From positions 6,138,001 to 6,202,000 of the forward strand of contig CM035355.1 of assembly GCA_020137815.1 (NCBI GenBank): a DNA stretch of 64,000 bases, read 5' to 3'. The position numbers and the translations under genes are program-made. Shown here piece by piece: positions 30,085-44,118 of this stretch. Source of the stretch: Hormiphora californensis (Eukaryota > Animalia > Ctenophora). Position 1 is the first letter of the stretch, and every line of letters starts with the position of its first letter. The notes beneath the pieces were generated by a model. That model had not been told where the DNA came from, searched no databases, and saw nothing but the letters and a program-made list of their open reading frames with translations.

Positions 30085-30635
30085 CAGACTGAAGAAGGAG
30101 AGTTTTAATTTATTTTAACATGATTAAGAGAGGTGTGAAATGTTCAGAGCTTGTGTTTTCCTTTGTTTCTTTTGTGCTGAACGTTATCTCACTGCATAAT
30201 GGACCCTATTTTGAAAAGAATTCCCGGAAAATACACCCGTTTTTAACCTACAAAATACGAACTTTCACATGTCAATTTTACATGTGATAACTTTTTACGA
30301 TGTTTGTTCGAGAGATGTTCTTTTCCCACCTGCCAATCTTTGCCAATGTGTGCCATTGTTTGCCAAACTCTAGGTATCTCTTATACAATGTATAAAATAT
30401 TTATTTTTACGTGACACTTGAAAGTCGTTTTTTTTTCAACCAGAAAAGAACTGGTTTTTCATTACTGTCTTTAAAAAGTTCTACTCACACACAAATTAAC
30501 TCCCTATTTTCTCCAATTCTAGACTCTAGATACTAACTAACTCACCCCATTTCCCTCCAATTCTAGACTCTATATTTAAATCTAAGTCCTAACTAACGCC
30601 CCATCTCTTTCCGATTCTAGACTCTAGATACAATC

Positions 30636-32242
30636 ATGTGGTTAATACTAGCTGGAATCATCCTCTCCCTCTACCTACTAAGTTTTGTGGTTGCCCCGGT
30701 TAATTACTATGGCAAGATGGTCCTCTATTACATGGTTTTCTTCCTGACTGCTGTACTTCACATGGTGTATTGTCCCTTCTTTCCCAAGAATAGAGATAAT
30801 ACTTACACACTTGCACCCTTCTTTTATCATATGTCTAGGTAGGATACATACAGAACTCCGAACTGGCAAGATTTGTACCATTCGATTCACTCTTTGGTGA
30901 TCTGAAAGCTATATAGCCGCTGATATTTCTCATATTTCGAAGCCAAAGCAGCTGAAATATGTTCCAAATTCCTCCTCCCTCTCATCACACATAATATCAT
31001 CAGGCTTGTAACGGGTCTAACTATTGAGGCTGAGGGGATGGAGCATGTTGAGAAATCTGATGCGGGGTATATTATCATGGCGAACCATCAGTCCTCCCTT
31101 GATACCTATTGTATGGCCAAGTGAGTTATTAGAATTTGCGGAATATAGCACTAACTAAGCGGCAGGACGCTACATAGTTGTTGTTTTCTTTAAAGTTAAA
31201 GTAACAAACTCTCCTTGATGAGCGTTCCAACTTCCATTAGTTCCATCAGTTCCAACTGCCGCAGTGTTGCCGTGTTTTCTCTAAATCTCGTCCCTCTCCC
31301 AGGATCTGGCCCCATCGTGCTATAATCCTGATGAAGAAGTCCCTAATGTACGTTCCCTTCTTCGGGTGGGCAGCATACCTTAGTGGCCATGAGTTTATCA
31401 CACGTGCAAGTGGAGGTGAGTAACATTTAACCCACCATGACCTTGTTGAGTAAGCGGTAGAGATTCTTCTACCCGAAACCCTTCATGACGTCAAAGGTTA
31501 GCGAAGGTTGAGCATCAAAGACACACGTGTTATGCAGCAGCACAGTTCCTTATTGTATAAAGACTACAAAGCTATTAATCGCAATTAACCCAACAGCCAG
31601 TAACGAGGTGAGGGATCACATGAACCTGATAAATGAACGAATCAAGGAGGAGAGACTGAGAGTAATTGTATTTCCTGAGGGTACACGAAACAGAACTTTC
31701 GATGGACAAATGTTACCATTCAAAAAAGGTACATCAATTTATCCCTCTCATCACAAATGTTAAGTACGGTATATCTCCTCACATGCACATCTCTCCTGAT
31801 TTATGAGTACGAACTAACACATTTCTCCAAAGGAGGGTTCCATATGGCCCAACAGAGTCAGTGTGCAATCCTACCAGTCCTTATTTACATCACACCCGAT
31901 GTTTACGACAGCAAAAGGTGAGTATTGAGTAAAGCTCATTTGAAGCTTTGTTTTTAGCTTTTCCAATTTCCACACCCCCAAGCGATGGTAGATCAGTTCA
32001 ATTTCTAAAACATCTCAATAGTCAAGAACTCTCCTCTCCCCCTCACCCCCTCTCTAACAACACAACCCAATAACTCCCATCCTCTCCCCAGATGGGTATT
32101 CAACAGAGGCACTGTAAGGGTGAAGGTTCTAGAGCCGATACCCACTGAGGGCCTATCTAAAGATGATGTCAATGGGTTGCTTGAGGAAACACAGAGGAAG
32201 ATGCAGAGTGCTCTTGATGAGATGATTGTCAAAAAAGAGTAG
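30636..32242 (+). CDS. AGPAT1: 1-acyl-sn-glycerol-3-phosphate acyltransferase (AGPAT1/2 family)
   Basis: N-terminal TM helices; acyltransferase motifs NHQSSLD, VIVFPEGTRN and PFKKGGFHMAQ..ILPV across GT-AG exons; TAG at 32240-32242. AGPAT1 versus AGPAT2 cannot be resolved. Confidence 0.9.
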
Positions 32243-32739
32243 GAAACAACTGTTAATTTAGGGGATGAAATACAAAATGTGTAATGATAGAAAACGGGTG
32301 GTGTGATACGAATTGAGAATTCACAGAATTTCTGATAAATTGATTGCAATGATTGATAGTGTAGTGTCCATTGACACATGTAATTATTATTATCGTATTA
32401 GGCGTGGGCCTACCTAGTACCTATTTTTGTAGAGTTTTAGTTACACAGATGAACAGCCATGAGAAGTATGTAATTAATCGATCACGTGATGCCCATATAT
32501 GGTGATTGTCTGAGATGTTGTTTTCTGTGTATTACAGTTTATATATTGAATTGTAATTGGTGTTATTGTGTGTACTAAATTAATGTTCGTTTTCCCACAA
32601 TCTTCTACTCTTTTATCTAATAGCGCCTCATATTATTCTAAATCTGTATAGAATGTAAAAACGGCAGGACTGAGGACAGTTTCCCACTGCGCCATCTCGT
32701 TATAGAAGTACCCAGAGTACCAGAAAACAGTTTATAACC

Positions 32740-35700
32740 ATGGCCATGGAGGAGAGTAGAAACTTTGTGCGGTTACCCCTTCTGATAGATTACATGGTGC
32801 AGAAGACTTATCATGATCTTATTGTACTGTCAGAACTGTAAGTGTGTTAAAAATGGATCAATTAATTGATTTTATTCAACCGATCTACAGCCCATTCGCG
32901 ATGTTATATCCCTCCCCCCACCCCAGTTTTCACTGCATCTCTATCTCTCCCCTGATCAGGTTACCCAGAAAGAGCGATCAAGAACGGAAAACCTCAATCT
33001 GCCAATTCTCAAACCGAACATACCAGCAACTATTCCGCCTCCGATGCCTCGTCGAGTGGGCCTGTAAAGCCTCAACGGTGGAGAAATGTGGTGAAATCAT
33101 CATGTTCCTCGATAAACAAGCCTCACTATTCGTCGAGACAGCAGACAGCCTCTTCGCCATATCCAAAGACAGACTAAAGAATGCCAGTTTTCCTGTTTTT
33201 GTCATGCCGACTGCTGTGGATGTGGTTATCACGGGTAGTTATCCTCGGTTACCCCAGTGTATCAAGGACAAGATAGTACAGAATCCCAAGCTGAGTGAGG
33301 GGGAGAGGGACGAGACATTGGAAAGGTTAACTAGCCTTATTGAACAGCGATTAGTACTGACCAAGATTCCACACAAGTTCAAGGATATCGAACTAGGTAG
33401 GTGGTAACACACAGCTTACTCAGCAAATGGCTATTTAATTCCTAATCCAGCTGACTCCCAGTAGTTGTAGTCCCACTATACTGGAGTGACTCCAACCTCC
33501 TTTCATCCCCTCACATCTAAACTGCTTGACTTTCCAGTCACCTCATATTGCCACCATCCCTCTCACTCTCTCGCTAACACACCTCCTCGCTTCAGATAAG
33601 GGTTTTGTCAAGTTGACAGTTCCCCACGAGTTCTCAGTCCGACTCACAGTCCCTAACGATGACTTCAAAAACCCTTGGCAGCTCCTTACCCTAGACCTGC
33701 ACGTGCAGCGACCAGTTGAAGATGATCCCCGTCCAGTTGTCCATCCCCAGCAGCTGGAGTACATCAAGGGACTACTGCAGTCCCGATTATTTGATCCTGA
33801 TACGGAGCCACTTGAGAGTCTGTGTGAGACTGCCCATCAGTTCTGTTTGTTGTTACAGGTGAGATAGGAGGGGGGTTTAGTTCTCATATTTTCCATATAC
33901 AAGTTACAACATGACATAGCTACCCTAATTTTTGGAACGTTTACTTTTTTTAAAGTGTCAGATAAGATGAACCTCTGAAGTTGGAGGCAGGGAAACACGG
34001 TGTTATGGATACATGGTGCAACTAACATTCTTGTCTTCAGATGAGTATTCTGGAGCAACAAGCTAAAAGGATGTGTGGGACGACGTGGAAGAATAGAATT
34101 GGTATCGTTGAATATATCAAGGGAAATCGTATAACCGTCCAGTATTGGCTGTAAGTGTACAAGATTATTTGCACCTCATCTTTCGATAAAAAAGAGAGGG
34201 ATTAGTAATTAGCTATCACACAAATAATTCTTAGATTGTCGGCTAGGATATCCAGCACCCCCTTTTCACTTGAATCACCTGGTGACCACTCAAGTTATCA
34301 CTCTATCCCAAAATCCTGATGAGCCCACACAACAATAGGATCAGATGACGTAGCGCGCGGTGTGTTTCTTATGTGACAATGACCAAAGATTTGGCGCGCT
34401 GCTGCTTGCGCATGTCCGGACCCACCTCGGACCAACGCCAATCTGATGACCCCTCTGAATTATACATAGTAGAGGCAATAATTACACTAACCTCCTCTGA
34501 TTTCTATGAAACTTCTCCCATGCTAAGAGGTGGCAATAGAGGTTCAAATACCGCTGAGTTTAAGTCTGAACAATGTTCGGTTCGTTAATTATCGCTAATT
34601 GAAAAACGCCAAAATGGCCTAAAATCGCCCTAAGTTCCGAATTGAAATTTTGGAGTTGAGACTCCAGACTTCGTGGAGATGTCCGCTAGGATGACAATAT
34701 GCACCAAAATCGGACGAAAGCCTAAATTCGTCCGAATTCGGTACGAAAAGCCGGGTAGACTGAATTTTGGTCACGTGACATGGGTCCAAAATCAGTTTTT
34801 TGCCATTTACGCCTTTCCTGTACGTCGGAGACTAAAAATATGGCCAGTACTTGTCATTTCCGTCGCTTTCTGCATCTTTTAAGCCCCCTAAAAATATCCC
34901 TTACTTCAACGGTTCAGTAGTTAGAGTTTTTCAGGAGACTAAATGACGTCAATTCTGAACCGTTGAAGTAAGGGATATTTATAGGGGGCTTAAAAGATGC
35001 AGAAAGCGACGGAAATGACAAGTACTGGCCATATTTTTAGTCTCCGACGTACAGGAAAGGCGTAAATGGCAAAAAACTGATTTTGGACCCATGTCACGTG
35101 ACCAAAATTCAGTCTACCCGGCTTTTCGTACCGAATTCGGACGAATTTAGGCTTTCGTCCGATTTTGGTGCATATTGTCATCCTAGCGGACATCTCCACG
35201 AAGTCTGGAGTCTCAACTCCAAAATTTCAATTCGGAACTTAGGGCGATTTTAGGCCATTTTGGCGTTTTTCAATTAGCGATAATTAACGAACCGAACATT
35301 GTTCAGACTTAAACTCAGCGGTATTTGAACCTCTATTGCCACCTCTTAGCATGGGAGAAGTTTCATAGAAATCAGAGGAGGTGAGTGTAATTATTGCCTC
35401 TACTAACATGCATATCTTGCACATATCTGTTACGAACTTCCTGTACATGAAGTCACTCACAGTGAATTGGTCTGTTTTTAAACAAAAATACGGGAACAAA
35501 TTTGTCGTCAAATAATTAACAACACGTTACACAAATATTCCATGACACGAAAACAACGAAAAATCACAGCGAAGTGGACGCAAAATCTTCACTCCTCTTT
35601 TCAGCCTCTTCACTCACAGTCGGGGGTATTCTGTTCAGATTTGTCACTGTCTCCCTGCCCCTTTCTGTCACACTCGGATCACTATCAGATGTTAGCTCCC

Positions 35701-38700
35701 CCAAATTAGGAATCGTAACGGTGCTAGAAGTGTTTTTAGAACTCGTGCTGCTAGCCCGCATCTTAATCACGTTTAGAACCTGGCTTGTTTTCTTACGGAA
35801 CGGTTTAACTGGATTCATACTTTGCACAAAATCCTTCGTATTTGTCTCCTTGTAGGTTGAGGAGGACCTGTTCTTCAATTTCCTGTTCTTTAACTTGTTC
35901 ATTACTAGTTTCCTGATAGCTGTGTTGTGTAGAGCGTATATAATGGGGTTGAGGGTGGGTGAGAGGTAGATCAACCAAAACACGACATGAGCAACCGGAG
36001 AGTAATTAGTAAGAAGAGACCTCCCTGCCGTTGGGAAGTATGTCATTTCCGCTATAAATGTGGGCAGCCACGACACCATAAAGGTGACAATGACAATAAA
36101 AACGGTCGATGCCACCTTTATATCGCTCCTATGATCCCTTACAACCTCTCTAATAGACCGGTGATTCCTCAGATACCTCCTACACATCAGTCTATCTAAC
36201 ATTGTCCGTTTCAAAGCACCACCCCTTCTCTCCAAGGGATCTATCCTGAAAGGTTTCTTCCGATGTGCCAGCCTGTAGATACTACCATAACACACTATCA
36301 TGATAATGGTGAGGAAGAACCGGAAGGTCCACTGGAACCAATAGAAGAACTTTGGAGTGTGTTGGGTTGTGTTCAGGGTTAGAATACAGATGAAGCCTGA
36401 TTTGAAGAAAGCAATGGAGCCAACAGAGGAAGGGTAGATAGGGATTAGAGCGTGGACACACCACACCCCAACTAGGATCCATCTCATTCTCTTCCTGGTT
36501 ATCATTGATCGATACTGGAGGGGCATGTAGGCTGCCAGGAACCTGAAGAGGATGGGAGATCATTGCAATGAATAAAAAGACTTAGCTGGCGGTGGGTCAT
36601 TTTGATGGAAACCGAGGAGACATAGTGACGTACCCCGGAGTTTAGGGCGTCATCATTTGTCACCATGGCAACCGCTCTGTTCTAAATATTAGGAGATGAT
36701 ACAATATGTCCCTGGGTGTCCAGGAGTCTTACCTGTCAACACTAATGATTGCGAGTTGATTGTAGCTTATGTTCATAAACACATTCGCAATGTATGTCTC
36801 TATCTCGCACCAGTGTCGGTGACCCCCCACCAGGACCCAATCTGTGCTGTTGTGGGCATGTTCCTCCTGACCCGTATCTGTAGGGGAGTGGTGGAGTTAG
36901 TTAGGAGGGGGAGTAGTGGGGTTAGTTAGGAGGGGGAGTGGAGAGGTGGGATGGAGTTAGGAGGGGGTTGGGGATTGGATGTTCAACCTCTCGTTCCAGG
37001 CCCTCTCTCTCTAGCCCGCCACATAGGGATTGGATTTGGATGTCGAACTTACCACCAGTAATACAAGAGTAGAGAACAGTCCCCATGCAAAAGGTTCCAA
37101 CTATGAAGTCCACTACTGCCTGACCTGCAGATGGAATAAGTTTATATGATACATTACTGTTTCTCTCTCATCAAAACAATACAACCATTGGACATAATTA
37201 AATAGCTACAGAAGCACATATATTCGTATGGGGGAGGGGGGTGGACGTGAAACATGCCATTGAAAAAGAAGAGTCACATACACGAGATGAGAAAGTATCC
37301 AGGGTTTTTCTTTTTCACTGCTACCATGGTAACGGTTATCAGAAGATTCCCAATGGTAGCTGGTACTATCATTAGCCCGATGATAGCCCCAGAGAGGGCC
37401 TGGTAGTGTGCGAAGTTCATCTTGTGCTCTATATGGGGCAAGAGGTGTTACTAGATGGGGGCAAGAGGTGTTACTAGATGGTAGGTCGGGAAAACAACAA
37501 TAATAGTCAGATCAACACCATGTACTAGATGGATATATAATTTGAGTAACACCAACCGATGTCACAGTCGATCATAAGAGATCATAACATGCATAAGTAT
37601 CCTAATTATAATCGACGTCCACACGTGACACTGACATATCATACAATATTTAAGGACAAACAAATCATAAATTTGCCAAGCATTAGCAAAGTATTGGGTG
37701 TGGGTCTCTAATGTGCCTACAAATTATATCAAATTTAGTAACAGGAACTGGGAATCCATTACAAGTTCTGGGAAATGTACAAAAACAACTACCAGGTAAT
37801 TATAGGTATGCAGTATCTTTCAAGCAAAAGAGAAATGGCATAAGTGATACCACCTGGAGCTTGGGAGATATCAGAGCAAAACCTATTGGAGAGATATGTT
37901 TAATGAATAACGATGCATACGAAGAAAATGCACATATTATACCGGGGTTTGAAAAACATCCCTGGCAGTTGTGGCTAAAACAATGTCAGATGTGTCTGTC
38001 TACTGTACAGAGAAAATCAAAAGTGTGCATATCACTTCCTGGTATTATAAAAGAGGCAGCCTACCAAGTATAGGATCACATGACACTCTAATGTGCCTGA
38101 AAAAGTTCAACCTCGAATGAAAAATGCTCCCTAAGCTGACTAGGACATATGATGTATGATAAAGCCTAGATCGGGGCAGTAGTTTCGTAATGACTGTGTC
38201 ACCTTGAGACATCATAAAGGATAAATAAGAACCATCTACCATGCCTTTAAGATTGATGTTTATAATTAGGGCATGCATCTCATAGGAACCACAAAATGTC
38301 CTCTCTCTCTATCCCTTCCCTCTCTGTTTATGTAAAAGACAGCATAATTACGCTCCATACCACAATTAATAATTAAAAAACCGTTTTAGAAATTCAGAAT
38401 GTCAATGAAACTATGCACCACAGAGCTTCAATAAACTAAACATAATTATCTCTAGCTCTCTTCTCTCTTTCTCACTCAATTCTCCTATCTTTGGACTATC
38501 AAGAGACCTGTCAGGGATTCCATGAAACATGTGTTACGTCCTAAATACAGCTGTATTATTTCGTTGTGAGAGATTGTTACACTAAAACTAAGAGTCCTAG
38601 GTTACCAAGAGGCGCATGTAATAATCAGCCACCTTTCCGTGTCGTCTACTAGTGTGATTTTCAGGTGCGATAATGCATTATCGCACTTGAAACTCACAGT

Positions 38701-41700
38701 ACTTTAAATATATCGCTTTAATCTTCATATATCACATTATATTCCGTTATTTTAATAACTACTAATCTGTATATCTATTTCAGGGGTAAGGGAAATGTGA
38801 TGTTGATCATCTATCTACCTGCTGGAGGACCCCTGGAGTCACTAAAAATAGACCACAGACCTAGTCTCACACAGATACCTGGCAGGAAACCAGTGAGTGA
38901 AAACAAATCCATTCCTTGGCCTTAATTACTATAGAAGCTACAACAAAATGAGGAGGGGTTGCCCCGTACCATTAACCATTGTTTCCATGATGACGAAGGG
39001 GGGGGGTCTACAATGTGACACAATACTATAATTACCCGTTATTTAGGTGTGCCTGGACCTGGCTAAACTCTCACTGGAGCAGATTGTAACAGAAACTATT
39101 GAACATCGGTCATATGAAATACTGAACAAAGTAAAGGGTCGAATTGAGCAGGAGGAGAATATTCAGGTGAGAGAAAATCTGAGTTTTGGGAAGATTTTAT
39201 TTAGAGGCAGGGAATGAGAACTCATTATCCTTCCCCGGGTGATACCCTTGTCCTGCTACACATTGTCCCTGTCCTACCCGGTCTATCTCCTCTCTCCATT
39301 GATATATCCCCCTCCTAGATGAAATCCCTTATCAATCTCTCCCTCCCCAGGTGATATCCCTATCACACGAGCAACTCCTGGTGCATCTCAACAAAAAGAT
39401 CCAGCTCCGATTCCACGTGGACTACTTCATGGGCACAGTATTCTGCACGTGCAACTACAGTGTGACACATCATGAGCTGGATGCCCGGGTTAATGAACGC
39501 AGCAGCCCCCTCACTGAGGCACTACACAAAGTCAGGTAACTAAAACTATTTTCCATCACCCCCTAGGTATAGTAGGTAAAATGGTACCGCTGTCGCACCT
39601 AAAATTCACCTAAGTCCTCTACCCCCCCCCCCCTAACTGAAGCACTGCATCAGCTATTTCCCCTCCCCCATAACTCTTCTACTCTCCCAGAATGAGGGTT
39701 GATCTACTACTGATAAAGAACGCCCTATTGATACACAACATAAAACATCAGCTTTCTCTACAACATACCCGGAACCCGCCCCCACCCAAGGCCCTAGAGG
39801 GTACATCTGCATTGTACATCAAGTATAATCACAGCGATTATGTGTTGGTAAGTGTTAACACTATTCAACCCACGCTACATAACTGTCAGCGCATTGGCCT
39901 GGCCCTATTATCTCGGAGAGTGCGAGAACAGTGGTCAGAGTATTGGCCTGACAGCTACATTATCATATCATAACATCATATCATTACATCAATACCACGC
40001 TGTCCCAGCGGCTGAGTAGATTAGTAAACTGCACTTGGTAGTGAAATTACCCCTCCGCACAACCTCACGGAGGGTGATTTCGTTCACAAACTGCACGTAT
40101 AGGTGATAGGTGTGATCTTACAATGTATCAAGCTCGATCGATTATATAATTTTCGATTTCAGGGGCGATTTTGTTACACAAAAAAACCCAGACATGCACA
40201 TCTCCTCATGCATCCCGCAAAATATCCTCCGGGTAGAGATGATGATAACAAGTATCTGGAGAAAATGAGCATATTAATTCGGGCACACAACATAAAGAAA
40301 TATAAGAATTAAGACCGAGATAAAGCTGCAGTATAGTAGGCTAGATTTGTTTAAATATTATCCTGGCTACATTCCCTATTAGACTAGCCTACCAGATTTT
40401 AACAAAGTTTATAAACAAAAGCTTCTTTGTCAAAAGCTTGTCTCGCTCGCAAAGTAAATTTTTTAAATTTCAACTGACAGATCCTAGATGTGGGTTACTC
40501 TGGAATAGTGTCGGAATTCTTCCGTCCTACCCTACACCTACACTTTTCCCGCTTACCAAAAGTATTTCTATTTTCCTGGACTAAAAGTGAGTTAGTCAGT
40601 GACTCACTAACTAACTTGTGTGTTTCTTCTTTAGAAAACTCTCACTTTTTCTAAAACATCAACAAAATTGTATTATATTTCAAGCGAAACCGCTCTACTT
40701 CTCTTCAGACAGAGAGTCAGAAGTATCCCTTTCATTAATGATTAATCACTCTAATTATTCAGGCAATAGACCTGGAGAAAGTCAAGTTACGCTATCTGCT
40801 ACTGCGGGTTGAAGCAGCAGCAACCACTGCTGACGGGAAACATACTGTACTTAACAGGTAATTATGTAGTTAATTAACTAATTAGTAAGGGATATGAGGT
40901 TCAGATTGGTTATACTCCAAGGGTCGAGCAAGGAAAGTTTGAATATATCGAGACACGGAGTCTTCTAGATACATGGGATGTTTGTTTCAGGGTGACAAGT
41001 TGCACAGAGGTGAAAGATATACCGGTGTTATCAATCGTGGATCTGGATTCAATGGAGCCAGTTGATGTCATTCTCAAGGTAATTACTAATTACTAATTAC
41101 TAATTAGTGCACTGGACTACTGAGGCGTTCTACCGAACCAAAAATGTCGAATGTGATACACTGCCAAGCATAAAACTACCGTATCTGTTAATATGATAAT
41201 TATAGCTACATAGTAATAAAATAGGCGGAATAAACCACAGAGCACTCTACTTCTTAAATTCGCTGCATAGGTCGAATATATTAAATTAGAGGTATGAGGC
41301 TGAATGAATAAATTAAAGGGGGAATGAGTCCCTCATGCAGCTGTTTGGCTAGCGAGTGAGATAGTGGGGAGATAAATAGAACTTCGTCAAAGAGAGGAGG
41401 AGAGAGTGAGATAGAGAAAGAGAGAGAGAGAGAGAAAGAGAAATGAGAGTATAATAAAGAGAAGGGTTAGAAAATGAGAATGAGAGGGAGTGAGGGGATG
41501 GTATAATTGCTATCTTTAATTACTCCCATGCCCAATAATAGTACTGTGCACTGTGGGGCAAAGAGAGAGGGGTCCGGGCCCTAAACCATTGTTTGAAACT
41601 TTCTAGTTCTCCGAGAAATGGAGGTCACATCGTGTGTGGGAATTGATGAAGTGCTACGACCCCAGTAACTACCGAAAAACAATCAATCTCGAAAGAAAGG

Positions 41701-43892
41701 CTCGCAGAAAACCCGAAAAGCAATCAATATCGGATGAAAAGCAATTAATCATGCCAAAATTCCAAGATAGCCTCTATCAATGTCATTCCTCGCATCAATC
41801 AAAAGTAAGTTCGTATTGCACGAAAAATGTTCCTGGGGCTACATTTCGAAGAATCCATGTTGGTGTAGGGGAAGTTTTGAAAGGGGTGAGGTGGATACCC
41901 AGCCAAGGAGGTCAGGAGTGAATCCACCAAGGATAGGGTCAAGAGGTGTAGGGGCTGCCCAGGTGGGGTTCGTATTTTGATTATGTTCGTATATTCAGCC
42001 CTTCACCCTCAAACGTTCATATCCAACATTTTAAACTCTCGACGACTGCATTACAGCATTGTTGGCACGGACCCGACTCCTTGCAGGAAGGTTTTCTTCT
42101 CGATTACCGGTACGATGAGCAATTGGCTGATTTCTCCTCCCATATTTAAACATGCCACAAAGCATTTTCCGGACATCTTTTCCAAAACGTCTGTTGGTAA
42201 GTGTGTAAAGGAAGGGGTTTCCGAATGCATTGAGACTTACAGCATTATGAGCAATCAATATTAAACTCCAGGTTAAATAGTGAGACTTCATGAAGACCAA
42301 CAAATAAATCACAAGAGACGGAACCCAACTCAACATGAACAATCCTGACAGAGACAGAGTAACAATCAAGGCTTTGTAGTTAATCCCACTACACATCGTG
42401 AGGGGGAATTGATGAAGTGCTACGACCACAGCAACAACCGAAAAACAATCAATCTCGAAAGAAAGGCTCGCAGAAAACCCGAAAAGCAATCAATGTCGGA
42501 TGAAAAGCAATTAATCAGGCAAAAATTCCTCAAGATAACCTCTATCAATATCATTCCTCGCATCCCTTCTTTTCAGATAGAAAAGGCGATTGTTTATACT
42601 AATCTGGAGCAAGAGTGGAAGAACAAGGGACAGAAGTGTTTGGGGGTCGTGCCCCAATCAGGGAATTGGTGCCTGAAACTGCTCACTCTACCAACCAATC
42701 ATCCCGTACTGAAACAACTTCTCAAGGTATTAACTCATACCGTGAGGGGTCGGTAGATCAAGGTATTGTAACTCCTCCGAGCAAATAATATATGGGAGGG
42801 GGGGGGGGTGCAGCCCAAAAAAAAACCAACCATACCCTGGATTTTCAAAAGTGTTGATTTTTTTTGGTTGTTTTTGATTTTTTTTGGTTTTTTTTTATCT
42901 TTTTTATTTTTTTCATCTTTTTTTATTTTTTTCATCTTTTTTGATTTTTTTTAATTTTTTTTATCGTTTTTGATTTTTTTTAAAAATTTTTTTGGTCGTT
43001 TTTTATTTTATTTGATCTTTTTTGATCTTTTTTGATTTTTTTGGAATTTTTTTGATCGTTTTTTATTTTATTTGATCGTTTTTGATTTTTTTTTGAACTT
43101 TTTTGTTCAACATTAAACAATTAAAAAAATCAAAAACGATCAAAAAAATTCAAAAACGATCAAAAAAATTCAAAAAAAATCAAAAACGATCAAAAAAAAT
43201 AAAAAAAGATCAAAAAAAATCAAAAACGACCAAAAAAAATCAAAGAAATTTCAACCAAAAAAAAAACCAAAAAAAAACCAACCATACCCTGGGTTTCGGA
43301 AAAAGTTTGAATTTTTTTGGGGCTGCACCCCCCCCCCCCCCCTTGGGAGGGGTGCTAAGGTCTAACCCTCCTTTACGAGAGAGGGAGGGTCGACCAAAGT
43401 AAGGGGTTATACCCGACCTGAAAACCCAAAATATAACATTTCCTGCAGAGCATTCTGCAAGTGCTTTATTTCAAGACAATAACGTTAGTTCATCCCACTC
43501 AGGATCTCTCTGTTTATGTGTACAGTGTATCTCCCCCTGTGATAAAATACTTCATTGAGTTCGATACTAAACACGAGCTACTGCCAGCTGACACCTTCGG
43601 GGTTGTTGACCCCTTTTACACAAGCGTGAGTTAAACTTTAGTTAATCACTGCGCTGGCAAGCGCAAAGGCGGCCATTTGTTAGTTATTTAGTTAATATTA
43701 GGCACCCCGCTAGTGTAACACTAGCGTTGAAAATAGACCAAATGTTTTCGGCACTGAAGCAGCTCAAGATGATTCAAAATCCACTTTTAGATCTGTTTTT
43801 ACATGGGCTTCTGAATCTGAGAAAAGTATGGTAGCTTGATTAGTTAATAGCAAACAGATGTCATGCACTCTCTCTCCCTATGTTTCTCTCTC

Positions 43893-43936
<44 letters not shown>

Positions 43937-44031
43937 ATACTTTTCTCAATCTCGCTCCCTCTCGCTTTCCCTCCGGTGGGCCTCCCTCTCTCACTCCCGT
44001 TCTCTCTCTCACTCTTCATATATCTATCTTC

Positions 44032-44118
<87 letters not shown>

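Noticed and set aside
34373-35511. Duplicated 69-aa ORFs and partial twins
   Set aside because: Produced by the arms of the 34467-35405 palindrome.
35564-37420. Possible opsin
   Set aside because: TM7 has Tyr, not Lys, at the retinal-binding position six residues before the NPxxY Asn; the 42031 fragment has Ser there.
43103-43402. Lys-rich 99-aa ORF resembling a histone H1/protamine-like protein
   Set aside because: A-rich arm of a foldback element; non-ATG start; mirrored on the other strand.
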